A stretch of 64,000 bases of DNA from Camelus ferus (taxonomy: Eukaryota). This document shows positions 49,778 to 61,841 of this stretch, in pieces (within the stretch, counting starts at the first letter, position 1; the number at the start of each line of letters is the position of its first letter). The stretch is taken from the NCBI RefSeq assembly GCF_009834535.1, contig NC_045697.1, forward strand, positions 117,864,001-117,928,000. The letters are read 5' to 3'. The notes under the pieces were generated by a model. That model was not told the origin of the DNA. It saw only the letters and a list, made by a program, of their open reading frames with translations, and did no database searches. A program made the position numbers and the translations under genes.

Positions 49778-52700
49778 AAGTTAAACCAACTCCTTAGTTC
49801 GAACCAGGTGTCCTGCTTTCTAAGCGACCACCTGCCCCTCCAACACAGGCTGTGCGCTGACTTGCCCGTCTCCTCGTGCTGCGGGAGAAGGGGGCTGAGT
49901 CTGTCAGCCGCCACCACCCCCCAGCCCTGTGCCAGCCTCCCCAGGATGGTGAACAGATCAGCTGAAGACACCCAGCTTCAAATGAGCTACAGTTCATTTT
50001 CCTCATGAACCATCATGATGCACACAGAACACACCTTCGTGAAGGCTTGGCTCAAACCATGGTTTGTTACACCTTGCGGACACGTGTGCTACTGTAGACA
50101 TGGTCAAAAATTTTTAAATATACTGATTTAGGGCAAGAGTAGCTTGGAGTCAGATCATGCCTGTGAATCTGACCTGAAAACAGAGGTAATGTATTTGTTG
50201 ACCTTTGCCCCCCAACCTGTCTCAGCAGGAGTATTTACTCCTCTGAGGTCGTGGCTACTGCCAAGGTGCCCTTGACCTCAGGATCACTAACCTTGACCTA
50301 GACTCTTTCCCGAGGCCTCACTGCGAGGGGGTTGTGTGCCTGTGGCCCTGAGTCTGGAATCCTCACTCTTCCTCTAAACTACTTCTGTAACCCTGGGCAA
50401 GTTTTCCTGCCCCCAGAATGTGAATGACCAAAGTTAATGCCTTACAGCCTTGTTGAGGATAAAACATCAAATGCTTAGCCCAGTGTTTGGGGTGAAGTAG
50501 TCAACAAACGTGTTATTTTGTTTTAAGTCAGATTCACTGGCATGATCTGGGTCCAAGCTACTCTCTCCCTAAATCGGCATATTTAAAATTTCTGGCCATA
50601 TCTGCATGGGCACACACATGCACATGCACAAACACACAATTGCATTTTAAAATATATGTGTATGTGTACATGTACGTATTATGAAGTAATACTTAACCTT
50701 AACATATGAATTCAGTCTTATAATTTCTTTTTCATTTCTTCTTTTTAAGAATGTTGGTGCAATGTACTCAAGTGATTTCACAACCCACTAAACATGTCAC
50801 AACTTGAGTTTGAAAAATCTGACCTAGCATATAAAAGGATGTACCATTTGTGCTTGAAAGTGTATGACTTTTGACCATTTTACTTGCTTTTCTGGGAAAA
50901 TACCATATTATGCTAAAATATGTAAGAATTCATTCTTAAAATCCCCAAACAGATATTAAAGAACACCTTCCTTTATAACCTACAATACCTACAATGGATT
51001 TTAGGAAGCCCAGATTCAGTGTTGGGTTGAATGTTGACCATCCATGTTGACCTGTTGAAAACGTAACTCCTTTTCAGGAACTTGTCCCTGGGGGGTCACT
51101 TTCCAGGATTGTACTGATACCTCAGTCATGATAAGAACTGCTGATTGAATGCCTCCCTATATGACGTTAAAATGGACAACTTGTTTGTGATGATGCACTA
51201 TTGGTTTAGTTTGCTTTCCCACTTGGCTTTTGAAGAACTCATCCGCCTTTTAGTGCAGGAATTTAGGGCTCACTTCGTGGTGTCAGAGTCAACAGCCCGG
51301 AGTCCAACCACCCCCCGGAACTGGCTGGTGCTCGGGGCTGTGAGCACAGGTGAAGGTCTGCTCTTGCAGACCCTCCGGCCCTCTGCACATGTTCAGGGAA
51401 AGCTAAGAAGAGGCTGGCGCTGCCGTGGAAGGTCTCAGGGCGGTGCTCATAAAACACGGGAGTATGAACTTGTTCTCTGTGCGCTCCGTGGCAGAACTGG
51501 AAACACAGATGAAAGGTTTTGGAAAGCACAATCCTTCATTGTTTAGACAGGTCTCTAGGCTTCCTAAACTGTGCACACCGTGAAATGGGGCCCTTAGTGG
51601 CATTTACTCTTTGTGTATGAATGACACTTCTGCCTGAAGAGAGAGCATTTGGGGTAAAAAATAAATAAATAACTTGTCACTCAGTGGAGACGTTTTGCTT
51701 GAAAGGTATTTTCGTTTCACGACATTTCTCTGCTCATCTTAGGTGTTCTGATTTTGACACGCTGGTTTTTGTGAAACATCCGCTCTGAGATTTTTACTTT
51801 GTTTTGCATCTGTGTAAGGTGACTGCTGCTGATGTGTTTCAGTACCTTCAGAACAATTTCCTTGGGATAAACGTGATGCTAAATAATTAGAGCTAAGCAT
51901 TTCTCATGGAGTGGGAAATACTTAGGTCTTAATTCAATTCCAAATTGGCTCAAATTTCCCACCAATACTGCCATTTTATTCATATTCTGAATAAGTTATA
52001 TTAATACAACTGTATTTTTCCTTTCTTTATTTGGATTATGGCGCCAATGAAATCCGTATGTTTTCCCTCTTTTATCCACTTGTAAATATACAGCTATTAA
52101 TACTTATTTAAGAATCTTCCTACCTACCCGCCCACCCCCAGTAGCCTACTTTTGAGAATATTGAGAATTTCAGCCTGTTGTCCCATTTGTTTTAAGCAGA
52201 CAAAGACGCCAGACTTTTTTCTTGACCCTTGGGACTGAGGGAAAATATTTACAGATGTTAACCATGGGGAAAGTACTTTTCATAAAGCCCTTTTGATCTC
52301 CATGAATAATAAACAGGAGGGTTTCATTAAGTGTATCAAAGTTTCCAGGCCTTCCTAGAATAGATTTGCAAGTTGATGGCCAAATGGAGATTAGACTTCC
52401 AGCCCCATCATGGCAGGGTATCTCACTGGTTCCACCACAGTGGAACGTAGGGAGTACACGTTTTTAATATGTTTTAAGACTCACCTTTGCATTGTGTCTG
52501 TGTGAAGTGACTGCTGCTAACATATTTTTTTACTCTTAGAACAGTTGTGTTGGGGATTTCATAATACTAAACAATTAAAGCTAACTAATTAATATGTAAA
52601 ACTTTGTTTTTAAGATTTATTTAACTGCTATAAAATCTTTGTTTCCACGTGCTTTGTATTCAGCATATTTCTCCACAGTCAACATGGAAATCAGTTCTTT

Positions 52701-52920
52701 AGCATTCAACTCTTATTTTACATAATCCTTATTTATCGTGTCATTTTGGTACATTTTTCACATTGTTTCCTCTGTTTTGCTTTTTGATTTCCAAAAGTTG
52801 TTAACTCTTTTCTTGATAAAAAAGAAAATCCATCTTTGAGGTCTCTCAGTTTGGATGTTTTAAAGGCACATCAAGCTCAACGTGGTCCTTTTTAAATGTT
52901 CAAGTTCCCTATAAATGTTT

Positions 52921-53427
52921 TGTTGACCTAACACAAATAGACTGCCAGTTATTTCTCCAGCAGAAGTGGATTTACTTGGGGTCAACAAAGAATTGCAATT
53001 TCATGTCCACAGCCATGGTGAGCTGCATACAGGTCCTCCCATAGCAGGGAGAGAAGACCTCTTTTATAGAGGGGACAGGAAGTGAGGCTGCAGTAAACTG
53101 AGAGTCCATTGGAGGAGCTGGGAGAGGGAAGTGTGGTGGCTTTTCATTGGCTGAGCCAGGGCAGGCTCTCCTGGGCTGAGCTGGGACAGAATCTCATTGG
53201 CTGAGCTGGGACAGGCTCTCATTGGCTGAGCTGAGAAAGGCTCTCACTGGCTGAATCAGAACAGACTCTTATTGTCTGAGCCTGACAGGCTCCCACTGGC
53301 TGAGCTCTTGCCAGGTGAGAAGGGCATTGTCTTCTTCCTTTAGGGCTCTGCTATCACCACAGGGCATGAGACTTCCATCTCCTGGCCTCCTGACTCTAAC
53401 TGGGATTCCTATTTTCTCATTTTCACA
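52921..53427 (-). mobile_element. Older solo LTR (ERV1-like) with an internal 25-bp tandem repeat
   Basis: tgttgacc...tttcaca termini, ttttatag (TATA on the minus strand) at about 53062, and seven 25-bp cattggctgag units at 53145-53305. TSD not recognisable. Confidence 0.6.
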
Positions 53428-54625
53428 GAATCACAAATTGCACATGAACCACAGTAATTACACTTTCTGCAGGGGTCGTGGTAGTTCATCAGCACACCTT
53501 GCTCCGCAGGACTGCCTGGTGCTCTGTGTTCCCGCTACCTCACAGGGTGGCCGGTGCCCGGGGAGCACTGCATGGTGTTCAGCGAGTGAATGGGTGATAA
53601 CTGACAGCTTCATGGGTGTTCTGGGCTCAGATGATATCCTGTGACAGCCAGTTGCACAGGCACGAGTGGCGCCAGCTGGACAGACACCAGCTTTGCATTC
53701 TGTGTCGGTTACTACCAAGTCCTAGAGCCTGAAGCCAGGCAGGGGTAGCCCTGTGTCCACCAGGAATGCTTGTCCTGGGAAACCTTGGTGGTTTGCCTGG
53801 GAAATCACTGTCACTTTCAAGATATGAAATCGATGCTTATATTATGTAAATTTAAAAGTGAGACAGGAGAAAAAACTCAGGTTATATGAAGGAATAAAAA
53901 TGCGCAAATTCCTACCCTGTGAATGACCTGAATTGCTCATTTCTTAGTAGAGCACCATAATATCTATACCTAAGTTTATATCACACCTTTCAAATTACAT
54001 GGTACTTTTACATGCATTCACGTATGCATTGTAATAGGTGACTGAGACTTTTAAAGTGTCAGTAAATAATTGGTGCAAATTCCTGTGTTTACTTCTTATT
54101 AATATTTTTATTTTGAAAGCTTGGGATGAGTAGGGTTTGCAGTAGCACACAGAGCAGTGGGTCCTGGTGGCCAAATTAGGGCAGAGAGTCTTTGTATTAT
54201 TAATATTTGAATATTTTACTCTACCCAACTTCAGAGAGTTTCAAAATTGGGAGAACCCTTTAAATTAATTCTGTTGCATAACTTCCATCTGAGTCACAGT
54301 TCTGTTTACCAAACAAAAGGACTTTGTGACTTTGACACAAAACTTACGATTTCATTGTCTTTTAGCTGTTGAGGTCACTCCATTTCAAAACAGTATTGTT
54401 TTTAGAAATTTCTTTCTTATATTAAGCAAAAATCTTTCTTGTCTTCACTGCCTCCTACTGGTCCTAATTGTTCCTTTGAAACTGCATGTAATTATTCTAT
54501 GACTTTTTCCTTCACTAGTGATGCATAATCACCTACTATCTTAAAAAATATACCTATGTACATTATCTGATTTGAGCTTAAAACCACCCAGGAAATTATT
54601 ATCTTTGGCATATAGATAAATACTC

Positions 54626-55051
54626 AACAGATGACTGGATAAAGAAGCTGTGGTACGTATATACAATGGAATACTACTCAGCCATAAAAAAAGAATAAAA
54701 TAATGCCATTTGCAGCAACATGGATGGACCTGGAGATCGTCATTCTAAGTGAAGTGGGCCAGACAGAGGAAAAAAATACGACATGATGTCACTTATATGT
54801 GGAATCTAAAAAAGAAAAAGAACACAAATGAACTACTTATTATTTATAACTTTGATGATTGGTTTCTTGAATATGTGTGAGCACATCTGACTGTCCTTTA
54901 TGATTGGATTACTGCATTCTGTTGATTCTTATTTTGTGATTGGCTTTATTCCTCTGATAACCATGTAAGTTCAAAAAGCTAAAGCTCTATACTGCTCTTA
55001 GAAACAATAAACAGTACATATATGTAAATTTTAAAAAATAAATTAAGGGAA
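54626..55051 (+). mobile_element. Chimeric insertion: L1 ORF2 end fused to a non-L1 3' segment, inside a MIR
   Basis: L1 sequence from 54626 to ~54834 (ORF2 stop at 54807-54809), then ~215 nt unlike the L1 3' UTR with AATAAA at 55006. 12-bp TSD agataaatactc at 54614-54625 and 55052-55063. Confidence 0.8.
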
Positions 55052-56539
55052 AGATAAATACTCTAAAGCACAGAGAAAATAAGCAATTTACCAGTGGTCA
55101 CGCCTACATATAATGAATGGTGGACTGGGCCCCAGATTTTCTGATTCACAATCTTACGTTCTTCCCATGGTGCTGTGTTGCCTTAAAATATCCCTTCCAG
55201 CAGTGAGTGACGTCCCGTGTACTCTTTCCTCCTTCAGACACCTGATCGCCTCAGCTTCTTTACTTTCTCAGTTTTGCCAGCCATTCCTCAAGCGACCTGG
55301 TTTTCAGTGAGAAAAATGTTTGTGATTCTAGGTGCTGTGTGTGTGTGCGTCTGTGTGTGTGTGCATGCAGGTGTACCTGCTCAGTGCAGATCTTGGAAAA
55401 AGCCCACAGCCTTCTGGTGGTTGTCATGTATTTGGAATCAAAGCCAGTCTGCGTAGGCTCTCACCCCCACATAGATACTTTTGACTAATCTGAGTCTCTT
55501 ATCTTATGTAAAATTTTATATAAGTATTTTTAAAAACAAATGTGGACCTCATGTACCATTTCAGAATCCATAGTTTCCAACTGAAGAATTACGGGCCTCC
55601 TCCTGATTTTGTACATTAGTCTTTAGTAAAAGCAGAGAATCGTATTTTTCTCAACAGCTGTTTAACGTGCGTCAGTGTCTCTGTCTGCCCCCTGTGTTTG
55701 TTTCCAGGGAAAACCTCCCGTCTGAGCAACTTCATTCAGCTTGGCTGGCTCAGGAAATAAATGCTTTTGGGTTGTAGCAGTGGGCTCAGTAAAACCTAAG
55801 GATTTCCAAAGTCCGCTGGGGAAGTGCTCTACCCAGTTGGTAAGGGATTAGACTGTGCTCCGAATATCAAAGGAAGAGGTTAGCCCCGTGTCAACAATTA
55901 TATAATTCTATACCGTAAACCCCAGAACAAAACTAACCACTTCCTAGATGGTGAGGAGCAGTAGCGAGAGCTGAAACCACAGTTGATTAGAGCAGCTAAA
56001 ACCACAGTTTTGCCGGGACTAGTGTGTAATTATTTCCATATATTCTGCAGAAAATCATCAGAAGCCAGAAAGTATTTCCACATCAGTGAATAGGAAAGAC
56101 GTTTAGAAAGATAAATTATTTTAAAGCAACCATTTGTGAAAAACGAGGAGTTGGGGAAGTGGCGTCATAGTCACTGCATGAATATTCATATTCTCAGAGT
56201 TAAGTGAGCTTCTTTGAAACTGACTTATCTGAAATCATACTGCTTGCGTTCAAAGTTTCCAGTTCCCCATGAAGTGAGTAGTTTCAACCCAGTACTCTTC
56301 CTGGAAGCTAAGTGCTCAGAAAGTGATTAAAAGTAGAATTTTAATGTCAGCATTTTTTCACATTTAGTAAGAGGTGACATTGAATTCACTGTGATGACTA
56401 AGTTAGCCAAGTGCCCGACTCAGTTAAGGAGTTTCTGACATGGAAATTTACCTCTTTTTATAAAAACGTGTTGTATTAGTTTGTCTTTAAAAGCCTCTAA
56501 AACAGATTTCTACAGACCCTTGTTGAATCTTAGTCCAGG

Positions 56540-57265
56540 TTTTTTGTTTTTTTTTTTTGATCTATTAATTTTTTAATTGAAGTATAGTCAGTTTACAATG
56601 TTGTGTTAATTTCTGGTGTACAGCATAATAGTTCAGTCATACATGAAGATACGTATATTCGTTTTTATACTCTTTTTCATTACAGGTAACTACAGGATAT
56701 TGAATATAGTTCCCTGTGCTGTACAGTAGGACCTTGTTGTTTATCTGTTTTATATATAGTAGTTAGTATCTGCAAATCTCAAACTCCCAATTTATCCCTT
56801 CCCACCCTCTTCTCCCCCTGGTAACCATAAGTTTGTTTTCTATATCTGTGAGTCTGTTTCAATTTTGTGAATAAGTTCATTTATCTTTTTTTTTTTTAGA
56901 TTCCATATATGAGTGATATCATATGGTATTTTTCTTTCTCTTTCTGGCTTAACTTCACTTAGAATGACAATCTTGAGGTCCATCCATGTTGCTGCAAATG
57001 GCATTATTTTATTCTTTTTTATGGCTGAGTAGTATTCCATTGTATAAATATATCACAGCTTCTTTATCTAGTCATCTGTTGATGGACATTTAGGTTGTTT
57101 CCATGTCTTGGCTGTTGTACATAGTGCTGCTATGAACACTGGGGTGCAGGGGTCTTTTCCAATTAAAGTCCCCTCGGGGTATGTGCCCAGGAGTGGGACT
57201 ACTGGATCACACAGCAACTTTACTTTTAGGTTTTTAAGGGCTCTCCATGCTGTTTTCCCTAGTGG
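56540..57265 (-). mobile_element. 5'-truncated L1 (ORF2 C-terminus plus 3' UTR)
   Basis: ORFs 57068-57295(-) and 56840-57040(-) give DPVVPLLGTYP...KTWKQPKCPSTDD and MEYYSAIKKNKIMPFAATWMDL, interrupted by a stop and a frameshift. Confidence 0.93.
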
Positions 57266-57289
57266 AGGGCTCTTCTCTTCTGACTGCAG

Positions 57290-58100
57290 ACACACACAGA
57301 CTTCTCTCCTTATTCTGTTAAGCCTCCTTATCGTCCTTCCCAGGAATCCACTGTTCGTTCTTTTTTCTCACGGTCAGACTTCACCAGGTTCCCCTCCCGT
57401 CCTCCATTTATGCTCTTGTTCCTCAAAGGCCTCTTTCTTCCTCACGACTTCAATAAAAGTCAGCAGATCCTGGGATACAGAAGGCCCCTGGTGGTGACTG
57501 CACACCTCTTGCCTCCCTCTCCTCCGTCTTCCCGCCGCGTTACGGCTGCCCCGGTCTCGCTGCTCAGCACTGCCCTCTCCGGCTGCATCATCACGGTCAC
57601 GCAGGTCCTCTGACTGGTCCAGCCCAGGCCCGGCGCCGGCTCCGCTGCCCCCACCGCGCGTCTGAGTGTCGGGACACCCGGGTTCCGCTCCTTGGTCCTG
57701 GTCTCTTCTCATGTTATTTGTGTCTCAGTCGTGGCCGTGACTCACAGTGTATGTGAGTAACTCTGTATTTAATGCAGGGGAGGCGGTGGTTTGCATGTCC
57801 ACGCCCCAAGACTCCTCCTTAGAACGCCCCAGCCTGAACTTTCCCTTTCCTCCCATCCTTGCCTGCTGTGCGCACACTGGACGATTATGTCCCGGGCAGC
57901 CCCTCTCATGAGCCAGTGTTCAACCCCCCACGGATCCTTCCCTCCCTTACACCCTCTTCCATCAGCTCCCGACTCCCGTGGATACGACCACAGTCAGGCA
58001 CTTGGACACACGCCCTTCCTTTCTCTGCCTCGGTGCTGGTCATCACCTCATCAAGTGTTCTCCTGCAGCCTCGTGAATATTTTCTGGCCAGATCCCAAAA
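57290..58100 (+). mobile_element. Probable very old L2 fragment, locally CpG-enriched
   Basis: C/T-rich strand bias with L2-like phrases (cactgccctctcc...ggtcac; cagcctgaactttccctttcctccc). The resemblance is weak. Confidence 0.35.
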
Positions 58101-60160
58101 GGCGTTAGGGATCCAAAGTGTCCAGGAGACAGGAGACCAGTCCTCCGCCAGGAAGGAAGGAGCATGCAGGCACGTGGGAGAGAGATGTGCATTAATTTCA
58201 GTGTCATGCGGCCAGCTGAGGAAGGGCGGTGTGGACAGAAGTCTGGCTGTGACCGCCTCCTGGAGGAGCAGTGACAAAACAAAGACGGGACCCACCCCAG
58301 GGAAGCAGTCTGGGCAGACGTTCACCTTCCATTAGAGCGTATCTCACTTTTCCCCTCAAAGCAATGTCCTGAGGTTTTTTTTCTTTATTACCCTTCCCAG
58401 TTTCAGCTCTTTGCTCACACTTTTTGTGTTGTCAAGCTATTTAAATAAAAAACTCAGTAGTAGTGTTTCTTCTCCAAAATAAAGTCTTCTGCCCACAGAG
58501 ATTGAGGGTCTTCTATGACCATTAAGCTTACTGAACTGAAAATCGAAAATACCTACCAACACAGGTGCCATTTTTCAGCTCGATCCCCACGAAACTTCCT
58601 GCAAATTTCCCTGAACGGCCCTTAAGTGATACCTGAATAAATACTGAACAACAAGAGAAGGTTCTGCAAGCAAGATCCCTGAGGATCCTGGTTTGAGGTG
58701 CACGGCTGTTGCGGTGTTTCAGGGGAGGTGCGGTTTCCTTCCAGCCGTTCTTGGTTTGCATTCTCCTGCACCTGCGGCCCCTCACTGGGGGTGTTTCCCG
58801 AGCGCTGTCATGCAGCAGATCCCAGGCCGTCTGTGTGATGACGTGGGCTCTGTTGTCAGACGCTAGCAGCGGCGACATCTCGTTTCAGCTTCACATGGCT
58901 TGTCACATTTTTTGGATCAAAGGAATAATTTTTAAAGTCTTAGGAGGAACAACCCCCTGATTTTGGTTTCCCGCAGATGCCAACGTGGAAGATGCCCTTG
59001 GGACCAGATTGCTGAGTTGGCCCCTGGAATCCCAGTTTTCCGTCAAGATTTGGATGTCCAATCCGCAGTTTTACCGAGGAAGTGGGAAGTCTGTGTGTTG
59101 CACCGGCGTGCAGTCCAGCCGGCCCTGGGAGGGCGCTGGCTTCGAGAACTTCCACCCTGAGGCGCTGGTGTCGGGGTGAAGTGCTTTAACCGGGGTGACT
59201 GCAGACCTTGGACTTTAGGTGACGAGGTAACGGTGTTGTCGTCTGCAAGTGTTGTCAGATCGTGGTGGTGCTGGAGTTTCATGCCGTTAGACACGGTTGT
59301 TTCATCCACTAATTCAGTAGGACTGTGCTTAGAACAAAGCATTCCTTTTAGGGGGGAGGGGGGCAACATTTTCCACAAAGCGGGCACCTCTTTTTCCATA
59401 ACTGAGCCCAGGCAGAACCCCAATGCTCGTGGCCTTAGGAGGTCAGCTCTAGGTTCCAGCCTTAAGATGCCTGCTTTTCGGTGCCGAAGGGTAAATACCG
59501 CGCCCTGCTCAGACTGGACCACCACCAGAGAGGACTGTATAGACGGGCCAGGTTTTATTCAGTTGCCACACGCTGGGAGGAAGATGCTCCCAGTCTTGAG
59601 ACGCGATGTGACACAGCTGCCTCCTTCCCTGGGATTTCTCACTTAAACACACACAAGCTGCAGCACTCACAGTGCTAACGCATCCTTGAGCAGGGGTGCC
59701 AGCTGTCCATCTTCTCTGCTGGCTTGAAAGTAATTTCAGACAATAACCCAGATGACTGTTTGGATGGTTTCCGATAAGAACGGAGGGGAAGACCAAGAAG
59801 TGCGTTTAACTCGACTGTTCCAGGGCATGCTGCTGTCTTTCCAGCACCTCCCGGCAGCCCTTCCTGGCGGGAATTGGTGTCTGCGTGCCCCATCTGCTGC
59901 TCAGCCTCTTTAGAGAAGTCAGACGTGTGTTCAGAATATCAGCTCACATTAGGGAACTGAGACGGGAGACCCTTTCAGGGTCGACTTTTCCTTCTCTTCT
60001 GTTTGTTACTGTTTTATTCTTGTGGTGCTGTCTTGTTTTTAGTAGCCACAATAAAACCTAATCAGCATTCCTAACCCTGCTGTTAGGTATGAATGAGGCG
60101 GCAGGTTGCTTATCAGTCTGAAGTGGCCTGTGTCCAGCTGGCTAAGAGAGAGGCAGCCTC

Positions 60161-60810
60161 GGGGGGGAAGGGTGGAGCTCAGTGGTGGAGCGTGTGCTTA
60201 GCATGCACGAGGTCCTGGGTTCAATCCCCAGCGCCTCCGTTAAAATAAATAAGTAAATAAAAATAAACCTATTTACCCCTCCCCCCAAAATTTTAAAAAA
60301 TAAAATTAAAAATTAAAACATTAAAAGCAAAAAGAGGCAGCTTTGGGGTGAGGGTACAGCTCAGTGGCAGAGCATGTGCTTAGCATACACAAGGTCCTGG
60401 GTCCAATCCTAGTACCTCTGTTAAATAAATAAAATACATATATAAAAATAAACCTAATTACCCCCTAGTTTTTTTTTAAATAAAATAAATTAAAACATTA
60501 AAAATAAAAAAAGGAAGCAGCTTTAGGGAGAGGGTGTATAGCTTAGTGGTAGCAGTGTGAGGTCCTGCCTTCAATCCCCAGTGTCTCAGAAAAACGTATA
60601 TATATGTGTGTGTATGTATAACTGAATCACTTTGCTGTACACCTGAAACTAACATTGTCAATCGACTACACTTCAATTAAATTTTAATTTAAAAGAAGAC
60701 AAAATACATATAAATAAATTAACCTAATTACCTCCCCCTCCCCCAACATTTAAAAAAATAAAATTAAAATTTTTTTAAAATTTAAAACATTAAAAAAACC
60801 AAGAAAGGAA
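60161..60810 (+). mobile_element. Three head-to-tail Vic-1-like SINEs; the third is interrupted by an L1 3' end
   Basis: SINE starts at 60161, 60345 and ~60526, separated by ga(g/a)gcagc. L1 tail ataactgaatcactttgctgtacacctgaaac at ~60588-60695. Confidence 0.88.
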
Positions 60811-61613
60811 GAAGCAGCTTCGTAAGCCCTAAAAGTTTGGTGACAGACACTGCTACTCGGGGTAAACATTTGTGTATGTGAGTGTGTTTGCCCAGGGACG
60901 GTTCATTGTAAAGGCTGTATTTTTAAGATCGCCCTCCCCACAGAAATGCCAACAAAAAGATAAGCTCGGTGTTTTTAGAGATAAGGATTTATTGTGAAAA
61001 GACAGGCAGTTCTGAAAGCATTTCCCCAAATAGGAAGTAGGCTTTCCTTGTTCTACACAGAGACAGTAATCCACATGTAACATATTTAAGGTGGCCGCGA
61101 TCAAGTACAAACACGCTGAGAGGCTGCTTTTTTTTTTTAATGAACACGGGAGAAGTCAGCAGGGGAACTTCCTCCTGCAGGCTGCTGTCTTGAGCTGTAA
61201 ACAGGGATTCACGTGGTCATTACATGGTCCAACCACCTGGGCTGCCAGTTATTTTTCACCAAGAAAAGCAGAAATATGTTGGCTTTTCAGTTATTCTTTC
61301 AGATTAAGGTCGCTTTTAATGGGTCACACTCAGCAGGATTTGTTGCATACATCTTGAGTTGCTTAGGTGATCTGTGATAGAAGTTCTCCGTCTGGCTGTG
61401 TTTGGGCGAGGGCAGAACCTCTCCTGTGATGCAAGTACCTGTCTTGTAGAGGTTCAGCTGCCCAAGGGCAAGAATTTTGGTCTGTTTTGCTCACCGTGCC
61501 CACGTGATGGACTTTTTAATAAATATTTGTTCAATGATTTAATGGACGTGGTATATACCATTAACCTTCGTTTGCCCCTATAATAGATACTGAGTTGAGA
61601 ATTCCATGACAGC

Positions 61614-61835
61614 ATGTTTTAGTCTGCTAAGGCTGGTATTACAAAGTACCCCAGATGCAGGGGTTAAACAACAGAAATTTATTTTCTCATGGTTCTGGAG
61701 GCTAGAAGTTCGAGATCAAGACTGGTTTCCTCCGGGTGCATTCTGCTTGACTGGGGACTGTCACCTTCTCCCCAAGTCTTCATGGGGACTTACCTCTGTG
61801 CATCTCTGTGCCCAAATTTCTCCTCTTACAAGGAC
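61614..61835 (-). mobile_element. MaLR (MLT1-type) LTR fragment
   Basis: tgttttagtctgctaaggctg...ttaaacaacagaaatttattttctcatggttctggaggctagaagttcgagatcaag is a typical MLT1 signature. Confidence 0.8.
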
Positions 61836-61841
61836 CTCTGC

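Noticed and set aside
57374..59893. Cluster of 100-160 aa ORFs on both strands as a nested gene
   Set aside because: They overlap in conflicting frames, show no recognisable domain or splice pattern, and are explained by locally higher GC giving fewer stop codons.
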